A program made the translations under genes and the position numbers. The notes beneath the pieces were generated by a model. The model saw only the letters and a program-made list of their open reading frames with translations. It had not been told where the DNA came from and did not search any database. DNA of 56,466 bases from an uncultured Saprospiraceae bacterium (GTDB taxonomy: Bacteria > Bacteroidota > Bacteroidia > Bacteroidales > CAYLPA01), in assembly GCA_964385385.1 (NCBI GenBank), contig CAYLPA010000001.1, positions 1-56,466 on the forward strand, written 5' to 3'. Position 1 is the first letter of the stretch. Each line of letters starts with the position of its first letter. Shown here one piece after another: positions 8,490 to 17,342 of the stretch.

Positions 8490-9083
8490 GTGAAGGAAAT
8501 AGACTTAAATAAAGTAATTTTCACAATTGAAGCACAGTTTCATGTATTGAAACATTTCAATAGCATTGATAAGGAATTTCTCGACGAATTAATTATTGCT
8601 GGTTTTTCAAAATCTGATATAAATAGTCAGTTGAAGATTTCTAGTTCCAAATTTAATCCTTCTTTCTGCATTAATCCAATACAACTTTTAAGTATTATTA
8701 AAAGAGCAAATAAAAGGTCAGAAATACAAGCAAATTCAGGAAAAAAGAACATTGAACTATCATTTGAATTTTCAAAAAATGACTATCCTAATGGTATTGG
8801 ATGGGACCATTTAATTCGCATTATAGATTTGACAGAAAAACAACTCATAAACATTGAAAAAAGAAAAGTTCAAAATACAGTTATAAATTTCACTGAAGGA
8901 AAACCTATTCCAACACATGAATTAAATTTTGTACTGGAACAAAAAGATAGTAAACATCATATTGTTACAATATACCCTGGTATTTATGCTCCACCATTTC
9001 AAGATATAACATCTCAAAATAATGGATTATTCCAGATTTCTAAAGTTTTTTGGGATGAACATGTATTTGTTTTTATAAGCTGA
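8490..9083 (+). CDS. Hypothetical 197-aa protein, last gene of the STAND block
   Basis: GTG start 7 nt after the upstream stop, with no in-frame ATG nearby. No family recognised. Confidence 0.6.
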   Translation: MKEIDLNKVIFTIEAQFHVLKHFNSIDKEFLDELIIAGFSKSDINSQLKISSSKFNPSFCINPIQLLSIIKRANKRSEIQANSGKKNIELSFEFSKNDYPNGIGWDHLIRIIDLTEKQLINIEKRKVQNTVINFTEGKPIPTHELNFVLEQKDSKHHIVTIYPGIYAPPFQDITSQNNGLFQISKVFWDEHVFVFIS

Positions 9084-9200
9084 TTAATTCATGCGTTTAT
9101 TTTTTGGCTATATTTTTTATTTTTTGCTCCACATACCTTATTTTTGGTTTTTTAATATAATTTTGCCTACAAATTAATTTCTAAATAAATAACAATAATT

Positions 9201-9812
9201 ATGTTTACAGGAATCGTTGAAAGAACAGCAAAGGTTGTGAATATTGAAAAAGAAGGCACAAATATTCATTTCACATTGGAAACAAAAATTGCCAAAGATT
9301 TAAAAATTGACCAGAGCATGTCTCACGATGGGGTTTGCTTAACAATTGTTAAAGTTGACACCAAAAAAAATCAATATGTTGTTACAGCCATTCAGGAAAC
9401 CCTTGATAAATCTTGCCTTGGGATATGGGATATCGGCTATGAAGTAAATCTTGAAAGAAGCATGAAAATGGATGGACGTTTTGACGGACATATTGTTCAG
9501 GGACATGTTGACCAAACTGCAATTTGCCGAAAAGTTGAAAAATTTGATGGCAGTTGGAAATTCTATTTTGAATATGACCCTTCTTACGGAAATATCACCG
9601 TTGGAAAAGGTTCTATTTCTGTCAATGGTGTTAGTTTAACCGTTGTAGATTCTGAACCTAAGATGTTCTCTGTTGCAATCATTCCTTATACTTATGATAT
9701 TACTAATTTCCACAATTTTAAAAATGGCACAGTAGTTAACATTGAATTCGACATTTTCGGAAAATATGTTTCTAAACTTTTAAAACTCTATTTGGAAGAT
9801 CAAAAAAAGTAA
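9201..9812 (+). CDS. ribE: Riboflavin synthase alpha chain
   Basis: MFTGIVE N-terminus, duplicated lumazine-binding halves (SHDGVCLT / SVNGVSLT), 203 aa. Confidence 0.92.
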   Translation: MFTGIVERTAKVVNIEKEGTNIHFTLETKIAKDLKIDQSMSHDGVCLTIVKVDTKKNQYVVTAIQETLDKSCLGIWDIGYEVNLERSMKMDGRFDGHIVQGHVDQTAICRKVEKFDGSWKFYFEYDPSYGNITVGKGSISVNGVSLTVVDSEPKMFSVAIIPYTYDITNFHNFKNGTVVNIEFDIFGKYVSKLLKLYLEDQKK

Positions 9813-9878
9813 TAAAATAAATATTGAAAAATTTGCGTTGTTAAATAAGAAAGTCTGTCTTTCTTAAGCAAAATTTTT

Positions 9879-10595
9879 ATGAAAACTAATATTTATAAAA
9901 CCATTTTATGGGTTTGCATTTTAGCAATTGCTATGGCATTTCTGGAAAGTGCAATCGTTGTTTATCTCCGAAAATTATATTATCCCGAAGGATTCTGTTT
10001 TCCATTAAAAAGCATTGAATTTGACATTGCAGTTACTGAATTTCTCCGAGAAATTGCAACGCTAATAATGTTGATAGCAATAGGAATTATTGCGGGCAGA
10101 AAAAACATTGAACGTTTTGCATTCTTTATTTTTTCCTTTGCTATCTGGGACATTTTTTATTATGTATTTCTAAAATTGCTTATCAGTTGGCCTGAATCTT
10201 TAATGACCTGGGATGTTCTATTTCTTGTTCCAGTTACATGGGTAGGTCCTGTTCTCGGACCTATAATAAATTCATTAAGTATGATAATTTTGGCTTTACT
10301 TATAATTTTCTTTGTTCAAAAAAACGGAAATGCAAGAGTTGTCTGGATTGAATGGATATTATTGATTGTTGGCTCTCTAATTATTATTATCTCCTACACC
10401 GAAGAATATGTTAGATTTATGATAAATGATTTTACTTTTTTTCAGTTGATTATTTCTAATAATTCTCAAGCAATCTTAAGCAAAGCATTAACTTTTGTTC
10501 CCCAATTTTATAATTGGTTTATTTTTCTGATTGGTGAACTAATGTTTTTAATAGCTTTCGTGATGGTGCTTATAAGAAATAGAAAACTTTCTTAA
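9879..10595 (+). CDS. Polytopic inner-membrane protein, function unknown
   Basis: 238 aa with about 6 hydrophobic segments. No family recognised. Confidence 0.7.
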   Translation: MKTNIYKTILWVCILAIAMAFLESAIVVYLRKLYYPEGFCFPLKSIEFDIAVTEFLREIATLIMLIAIGIIAGRKNIERFAFFIFSFAIWDIFYYVFLKLLISWPESLMTWDVLFLVPVTWVGPVLGPIINSLSMIILALLIIFFVQKNGNARVVWIEWILLIVGSLIIIISYTEEYVRFMINDFTFFQLIISNNSQAILSKALTFVPQFYNWFIFLIGELMFLIAFVMVLIRNRKLS

Positions 10596-10601
10596 AAATT
10601 T

Positions 10602-12194
10602 TTACTGCAACACAACTTTTTCAACCTTAACAAAATCTTTATTTGCAAGTTTGATGAAATATATTCCTTTAAGTTGTGATGACAAATCAAATTGGAGATT
10701 ATTTTGATTGTGAAAAATCAATTTGGGTTTTATTATTTCCTGACCTAATATGTTTTGTATTGAAAGTATAAAATCTTTTTTTATTCCCGAATGATTAATC
10801 TTAATAATTCCTGTAGTTGGATTTGGGTATATATTTATTTTGGCTTGTTTTAAATCAAAATGCGGCAATCCCACATTCGCACATAAGGAAGAATCCTGAA
10901 TATATTGAATATTGCCCACACCACTATGAGCTCCTTTCACAATACAACCTGAGCTAATCTGAATCGGATCATAGTATGTTAATGTTGATGGACTACTGAC
11001 AATAGTATTTGTTGGAAAACAATTACAAAGTGTATTACCGTATTTGTCTGTTTTAATCATATAAACATTAAGGGGTAAAGAACCTACATTAAAGCTACCA
11101 CTCTGTCCCGTAATTATAAATCCACTATCACTTGTTATCTCTAACGCATACGCGAAGTCATGGTCAATTCCACCATACATTTTAGTCCATAAAGTATCAC
11201 CAACAGAATCCGTTCTAATTAAATAAACATTATAACATGGGTTACTTGGTGTACATTTTTCACCACCAATATTATTACTTTGCATTCTTCCGGCAATTAT
11301 ATACCCATTATCATAAGTTTGTCTTACAATATAGCCTTCATCTCCATAACTATCACCATAAGTTTTTGACCATTGAAGATATCCGAGAGAATCAGTTTTT
11401 ATAAAATATACATCAACAATACCACCTACTGCATAGCTTACCGTTGAACCTATGATTGCATATCCACCATCATTGGTTTCAATAACATCTTTAGCCCAAT
11501 CATAAGTTGAACCTCCATAAATTCTTGTCCACAAGGTATCTCCGTTAGGATTAATTTTAATTAAACAAACATTATCATAGAAATTTTGCGCAATAGCTCC
11601 TGTAATAACATAATTACTGTCGGAAGTCATTTTTATAGATTTTCCATTATCACTCTTTATTCCTCCAAAGGTTCTTGTCCAAATTGTATCGCCTGATGAA
11701 TTAATTCTAATCACATAAATATCTGATAAACCTGCTCCATAACTTTCAGTTAAACCCGTAATAATATATCCATTATCTTTAGTATATTCTATCGAAAATG
11801 CCTCATCACTATTTAAACCTCCATAAGTTTTGGTCCAAATTGTATCTCCGTATTTGTCAGTCTTAACAACATATATATCATGCCCCCCTGCACCTGAACT
11901 ATGAGTCCTTCCCGCAGCAATAAAACCACTATCATTAGTTTCTTTTACCGCATAAAAATAACCCTGACTTACCAAAACTCCAATATCATAGTTCTTTGCC
12001 CATTCAATATTTCCCAAACTATCGGTTTTTGTCATTCCACTACCTGCCATTAGGTAACCATTATCATAAGTAATAATGCAGGCATTATTTGTTGTTAAAT
12101 CCTTACCACTATAAGCTTTTTGAAAATTTTGTGCATTAATAATTATACTTATAGTTTGGCAAAACACCATTGTAATAAAAAATATCTTTTTCAT
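10602..12194 (-). CDS. Secreted repeat protein with a T9SS (Por_Secre_tail) C-terminal sorting domain
   Basis: Signal peptide MKKIFFITMVFCQTISIIINAQ, taken from the ATG at 12194 rather than the track start at 12224. Repeated GDT.WT.TYGG...D modules. C-terminus is IYPNPTTGIIKI...KGIYFIKLANKDFVKVEKVVLQ. Confidence 0.85.
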   Translation of the reverse strand: MKKIFFITMVFCQTISIIINAQNFQKAYSGKDLTTNNACIITYDNGYLMAGSGMTKTDSLGNIEWAKNYDIGVLVSQGYFYAVKETNDSGFIAAGRTHSSGAGGHDIYVVKTDKYGDTIWTKTYGGLNSDEAFSIEYTKDNGYIITGLTESYGAGLSDIYVIRINSSGDTIWTRTFGGIKSDNGKSIKMTSDSNYVITGAIAQNFYDNVCLIKINPNGDTLWTRIYGGSTYDWAKDVIETNDGGYAIIGSTVSYAVGGIVDVYFIKTDSLGYLQWSKTYGDSYGDEGYIVRQTYDNGYIIAGRMQSNNIGGEKCTPSNPCYNVYLIRTDSVGDTLWTKMYGGIDHDFAYALEITSDSGFIITGQSGSFNVGSLPLNVYMIKTDKYGNTLCNCFPTNTIVSSPSTLTYYDPIQISSGCIVKGAHSGVGNIQYIQDSSLCANVGLPHFDLKQAKINIYPNPTTGIIKINHSGIKKDFILSIQNILGQEIIKPKLIFHNQNNLQFDLSSQLKGIYFIKLANKDFVKVEKVVLQ

Positions 12195-12216
12195 AATTTG
12201 TAAAGTTAATAAAAAC

Positions 12217-12257
12217 AATAACAACCATAATTAAATATAATAATTATGGTTGTTATT
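12217..12257 (-). terminator. Perfect 17-bp stem hairpin between the lipoprotein gene and the T9SS repeat-protein gene
   Basis: aataacaaccataatta / taattatggttgttatt with a 7-nt loop. On the minus strand it is followed by gtttttatt. Confidence 0.55.
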
Positions 12258-12263
12258 ATATAT

Positions 12264-13283
12264 TTAAAGGGAAGTTGGTGCAGTATGTGAAGTAACAGGT
12301 ACACCATATTCAATGGTAGCTACATGTTCATATATCTGAGGAGAAGTACCCCAAGTTGTTCCAACTAAATTAAAATAAATTTTATATAAGCCGGAAGGCT
12401 TTTCTTGATTAATTACATCAATAGCAGCAGTATGATAAAAATTCATTTCGGCAGGACATAAACAGTCATGATGATTTGGATTACAACTGACACTAAAGAA
12501 CAATAGATAATCACATAAGTTATCATTAGGAGTTATGTCATTTGGATTAAGAAGAGGATTGAAGACATCATCAGGAAAATAAATATTGCCTTGAATATCT
12601 ATATAATGACAATATACACCAGCAGAATAGCTAATAGTTGTTTCAAAATTCACACTATTATTAATTAATTTTGCTGCATCAATTCCAGAACCACCTGAAA
12701 ATCCACCACATTTACCTCTTCCAGCATCATGTAACCAATAATCAGATGAACTATAATCTTCACCTGTTGCTTGATTTGTTCCATATCCAAATCTTGAAAC
12801 AAATATTAAATCAACTTCATCTTCTCTAGTTTCTTTAATACTAACATCAACAATGATAAGGTGTTTTGTGTTATCATCAATTTCATCATAAAAATCTTGA
12901 ACTTCTTCAAACATTTCATCATAAAAATCAGCTACATCCTGAAAGTTTATAACTTCATCTGTAATTGAAATTGTATAAACTACTGAGTCACTTAGAGCTG
13001 TTTCATATAATGAATCCGTAAATGCATATTGATAGTTTATTGCAGCTTCAACAAACCAAACGGTTTCTTCAAGTGATAAATCATCTGCATTTTCCGGGTC
13101 TTCAAGATCGCTTATAAAACCTACAATAAAACCTTCTATTTCCTCGTCAGATTCTTCTTCGAAAAGTCTGGCATTACTATAAGGATTATAATTATCATCA
13201 GTGATTTTCTCAATATCCTTTTTACAAGAATTCATGCTTAAGAGTATTGTTATTATACTAATAAATATTGTTATTCTTTTCAT
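12264..13283 (-). CDS. Acidic lipoprotein, function unknown
   Basis: Lipobox-type signal (ILLSMNSCKKD) and D/E-rich N-terminal half, 339 aa. Confidence 0.75.
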   Translation of the reverse strand: MKRITIFISIITILLSMNSCKKDIEKITDDNYNPYSNARLFEEESDEEIEGFIVGFISDLEDPENADDLSLEETVWFVEAAINYQYAFTDSLYETALSDSVVYTISITDEVINFQDVADFYDEMFEEVQDFYDEIDDNTKHLIIVDVSIKETREDEVDLIFVSRFGYGTNQATGEDYSSSDYWLHDAGRGKCGGFSGGSGIDAAKLINNSVNFETTISYSAGVYCHYIDIQGNIYFPDDVFNPLLNPNDITPNDNLCDYLLFFSVSCNPNHHDCLCPAEMNFYHTAAIDVINQEKPSGLYKIYFNLVGTTWGTSPQIYEHVATIEYGVPVTSHTAPTSL

Positions 13284-13639
13284 ATTTCTAAGTTTTTTAA
13301 TTAATATTTTGTTTTATATTTTTTCACTTTTATTAGCCCACTGTTAATAACATTTTAAAGTGAGGGATAAAAGCATTCACCTAATTAAATATAGGTATAG
13401 AGAAAATTCTTTCATCCAAATTTTTCAATTTGGTTTTCGCTATTTTTCTAAAACATCACTATCGTAATTTTTAGATTTAAAGATTTATTTTACATTTGCA
13501 GTTCCTCCTATTTTTAGTTTTTGTGGTTAATTATTAGTCTATGCGACCCCATATTCATTATCAATAGGGGGTTTTTCTTTAAAATGATTAATTTTTTTAA
13601 AATATTTGAATCCCTTATTTCTAGAGAGAGAGAACCTGC

Positions 13640-13759
13640 GCTAAAGCTTCGGTTATTAAAAAAATATAGGCTGAAACTTCGGTTGTTTAAACAAGCTAAG
13701 CTAAAGTTTCGGTTGTTAAAATTAGATTTACTAAAACTACGACAGTATTCTAAAAAGCT
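13640..13759. repeat. Four phased 30-bp direct repeats (core GCTAAAGYTTCGGTTRTTAAA; the 4th is degenerate)
   Basis: Copies start at 13640, 13670, 13700 and 13730, inside the 937-bp ORF-poor gap 13284-14220. Confidence 0.7.
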
Positions 13760-14220
13760 GCATAATTTGTAAAAATTACGCACTAATACCGTATTCAGAG
13801 AATTTATACAAAGTACCGATAAAAGTTTTAAAATAGAGGACATAAGTGAAGAATTTAGTTCGTGTAATAAACTTCAAAGTATATACTATATGTGTTCAAT
13901 ATATTCTATATATATATGTCATAAAACATAAAAAGGTTACCCTAAAAAATGAAGTTCTTTTTAACAAGTTATTAACAATGCTTTTATATGTATTATTATC
14001 AGGCTATTGTATTATTTATTTTTTTAAACTTAATTTATCGGGAATTAAATCGCTTGCAATTTGTCTCAATTCATTGAACACGTTCAAAAAATGCTTCCTG
14101 AAATAAATGATACAGTAAAAGAACTTAAAAAAATTTCAATAGAAAAAATTAGTTTCTAGCAAAGAAAAACTTCGCCAGTATGATCAAAGGAAGTCCGTTT
14201 TGATGAGTTTCCAAATACTT

Positions 14221-15633
14221 TTACTGCAACACAACTTTTTCAACCTTAACAAAATCTTTGTTTGCAAGTTTGATTAAGTAGATTCCCTTGGAGTAAGATG
14301 ATAAATCAATTTTACTAAAATAATCTGTAAGTTGACCACTATAAACAGCTTTGCCGTTTTGACTATAAATTTTAATATTAACCGGCTCAAGTTGATTTTC
14401 TATGGTGATATTAACAAGTCCATTTGTTGGGTTTGGATAAATATTAATACTATTTGAAATATCTTCAAAATTTTCGACACTTGATATAATTGCAACAGAA
14501 CAATCAAAAGAATGAACATCAGTTGTTGAACCTGTTCCAAGTTGCCCTATATAATTAGCACCTGTAACACATATAGAATTTGCATTATCTTTCAAAGCTG
14601 CTGTATGTAATCCATACATTGAATTTCCTGCATAAAGAGGTTTTGCCGGCGAAATCATTAACCAATTTTCGTTGGTAGATATAGCTTTTGGAGAATTCAT
14701 TTGAGTAGTATTTCCAGTACTAAGTTGACCATTACCATTAAAACCCCATGCATATAATGTTGAATCGCTTCTGAAAGCAAATGAAAAGCCGGAACCAGCC
14801 GAAACAGAAATCCAGTTAAAATAGGTTCCAATTTTTTCGGGATAATGTTTTTCTGTTGTGCTTCCAATCCCAAGTTGTCCATTACCATTAAATCCCCATG
14901 ACCATAAAGTACTATCTTTCTTTAGTGCCACACTAAACTCTCCACCTCCGCCAATATCTATCCATTTTTCGTTATTTAATTTAATAGGGTATAATTTATC
15001 TATTGTTGTACTATCTCCAAGTTGACCTGAATAATTAAATCCCCAAACCCATAAACTGCTATCGTTTTTTAGTGCCAATGTATGAAGACCACCCGAAGAA
15101 ATAACTTTCCAATCATTTTCCAAACCAACTCTTATAGGAAAATTTTTATCTACAAGAGTACTATCACCTAACTGTCCGCAATAATTATATCCCCATGCCC
15201 AAAGACTTCCATCCGTTTTAATTGCATATGAACTTGCATAAGATGCTTCAATAAAAGTCCAATCATTTGAACTACCAATTTGAACCGGTGAAGTTTTATC
15301 AGTATTTGAACTATCTCCCAAACAACCAATATAATTTAAACCCCATGCCCATAAACTATGGTCACTTTTTAGAGCTAAACAATGAGCTCCTCCGGCAACA
15401 ATATCAATCCAGTTTGTATCTGTTCCAATCTGGATTGGATTATATTGAGTTGTTTTATTACCAATTCCTAGTTGCCCATTTCCATTAAATCCCCATGACC
15501 AAAGTGTTCCGTCTGATTTTAATGCAACAGTAAATTCTCCACCGCATTTTACTTTTAACCATTTTGTTTGGGCATTGGTATTTAAAACCAATAATAATAA
15601 AACAATAAATAATAGGATATTAGTTTTTTTCAT
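14221..15633 (-). CDS. RCC1-repeat (beta-propeller) secreted protein with a T9SS C-terminal sorting domain
   Basis: Signal peptide, repeated W.WG.N..GQLG.G motifs, and C-terminus IYPNPTNGLVNI...KGIYLIKLANKDFVKVEKVVLQ. Confidence 0.88.
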   Translation of the reverse strand: MKKTNILLFIVLLLLVLNTNAQTKWLKVKCGGEFTVALKSDGTLWSWGFNGNGQLGIGNKTTQYNPIQIGTDTNWIDIVAGGAHCLALKSDHSLWAWGLNYIGCLGDSSNTDKTSPVQIGSSNDWTFIEASYASSYAIKTDGSLWAWGYNYCGQLGDSTLVDKNFPIRVGLENDWKVISSGGLHTLALKNDSSLWVWGFNYSGQLGDSTTIDKLYPIKLNNEKWIDIGGGGEFSVALKKDSTLWSWGFNGNGQLGIGSTTEKHYPEKIGTYFNWISVSAGSGFSFAFRSDSTLYAWGFNGNGQLSTGNTTQMNSPKAISTNENWLMISPAKPLYAGNSMYGLHTAALKDNANSICVTGANYIGQLGTGSTTDVHSFDCSVAIISSVENFEDISNSINIYPNPTNGLVNITIENQLEPVNIKIYSQNGKAVYSGQLTDYFSKIDLSSYSKGIYLIKLANKDFVKVEKVVLQ

Positions 15634-16017
15634 AATAATTCTTTTTTAATAGGATGAAATACAAATTTAATAAATTAAATTTATTTATACGCACTTTATA
15701 TCAATTTAATTGAATTAATCCTTAACAAAAGAAATCGTAGAGTTGTAAACTCAATTCAAAATCAAATTTTAAATTTTTATCAATAAATTTATTATTATTC
15801 AGACAAAAATAATATTTGTTATTTTTGCAATCAAATTTGTATATGACTTTAACGATTGTTCACTTAATTAGAATAAATATCTTTAATTTTAGAGATTATT
15901 TATTTTTTTATATAAATTTGAATTTATTAAATTTTGTTAAAATATAATTTTGTTACATTAAAATGTATAACTTTACCGTTTAATAAACAATATAAAATAT
16001 GTACAATATTTTAAAAA

Positions 16018-16749
16018 ATGAAGTTACCAACAAAAATAACACCTGATAGAATTAGAGATTCAATTGTACAAGTTTTTTTTAAATCAGATATTCCTTTTCT
16101 TCCTTTAATAGGATATTTTCACTCATATTTATCAAGTATGAGTTATGAGTATATAAGTGAAGTAAAGGAAAAGGAAAAGAAAAATATAATTTCATTAGAT
16201 TTTTTAAACCATCTATTTGTTAATACCGAACTTGGTGTAAAAATTAGTTTACATCCAACTAAATCAATAATATTTAATTGTACAGGTAATTATATTGGGT
16301 GGTCAAAATATAATATTGCAATTATTGATGTTATTGGTAAGTTCATTGAAGTTGGACTTATAAGGGAGGTTGTTCGAGTAGGAGTAAGGTTTACAAGTGA
16401 ATTCCCAAATATTAATATTCTAGAAAAAGTAAATTTTGATTACCATTATCAAATAGATAAAGAAAAAATTAAATCAGGTAAATTTAATATTGAATACTTA
16501 GATGAAAATAATTGTAGAGTTATATTAAATATTGTTTCAAATGCTCCTTTAAATCCATTTACTGATATTAAAGGGAAAGTTGATACTTTATCATTGATTG
16601 ATATTGATATTATAAAAGAAAAATTTACTCATTCAGATTTGAATAAAATAAAAGAAATAATTTTTGATACTCATGAAAAGCAAAAAAGAGTATTTTTCTC
16701 ATTATTGAAAAAAGAGTTTTTAGATGAGTTAAACCCAGAATATGATTAA
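16018..16749 (+). CDS. TIGR04255-like protein of unknown function
   Basis: 243 aa. The N-terminal I.DSIVQVFF, the central VVRVGVRFTSEF (compare the RIGLRYIN motif) and the C-terminal H-containing helix resemble the family as I recall it. Confidence 0.55.
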   Translation: MKLPTKITPDRIRDSIVQVFFKSDIPFLPLIGYFHSYLSSMSYEYISEVKEKEKKNIISLDFLNHLFVNTELGVKISLHPTKSIIFNCTGNYIGWSKYNIAIIDVIGKFIEVGLIREVVRVGVRFTSEFPNINILEKVNFDYHYQIDKEKIKSGKFNIEYLDENNCRVILNIVSNAPLNPFTDIKGKVDTLSLIDIDIIKEKFTHSDLNKIKEIIFDTHEKQKRVFFSLLKKEFLDELNPEYD

Positions 16750-16751
16750 TT

Positions 16752-17342
16752 ATGGATGCAATTATTCTTAGTATTCCCAGTAATTATAGAGTTTTAAACA
16801 AACAGAATAAAACCGTTGGAAAGCTTAATTATAATCAAATTCTTTCGAGAATGTTTTTTGAGATTCAACCAGATATTAAAGTTTTTAATTCTATAAAATT
16901 AGATATTTCTAAAACAATTAATATTATTCAAAAATTTATTCGAGACTATAATTCAAAAATTGAATTTTTCAATGATATTAAATCAAAACTTGTGAATTCA
17001 GCATTTGTAAAATGTAGTGTTAAATTTGCTCAGTTAAATCCTGATAAAATTGGGGTTGAAGTTACTAACTCAAAAACAATTTACTTTTTTATTAGAAAAG
17101 ACCAATACAAAATTCATTTTGAAGTATTTTTTAATCATCAATTGGAAACAGAGCCATTTGAATGTGTATTAAATGTATTTGACTGTAATAATCCAATATT
17201 AAATGCAAGTGGTTCATTTGATTATGTATTTGAAAGTTTATCTCAATTAATTCCCAACGATAAAGAGATTTATTTAGATTATATTGATAACAGTTCACAA
17301 TATGGAATATCCGAAAGAACTTTTGCCAAAAGTTGGTTATAA
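16752..17342 (+). CDS. Hypothetical protein (196 aa), second gene of the three-gene module
   Basis: ATG 2 nt after the upstream stop. No family recognised. Confidence 0.65.
   Translation: MDAIILSIPSNYRVLNKQNKTVGKLNYNQILSRMFFEIQPDIKVFNSIKLDISKTINIIQKFIRDYNSKIEFFNDIKSKLVNSAFVKCSVKFAQLNPDKIGVEVTNSKTIYFFIRKDQYKIHFEVFFNHQLETEPFECVLNVFDCNNPILNASGSFDYVFESLSQLIPNDKEIYLDYIDNSSQYGISERTFAKSWL

Noticed and set aside
9084-9200. Possible FMN riboswitch upstream of ribE
   Set aside because: The spacer is only 117 nt, very AT-rich, and lacks the conserved FMN-element G+C-rich core. Only a TAATTTTG -7 box (9158-9165) is visible.
13514-13843. ORFs 13514..13843 (-) and 13521..13772 (+), plus the idea that the 30-bp repeats form a mini-CRISPR
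   Set aside because: Both ORFs are low-complexity translations of the repeats (NNRSFS... / LKLRL...). The 'spacers' are only about 9 nt, the repeat copies are degenerate, and no cas genes are nearby.
13846-14106. 86-aa ORF (GTG start) in the AT-rich gap
   Set aside because: Hydrophobic, low-complexity composition typical of random AT-rich sequence. It has no convincing start context or family resemblance.
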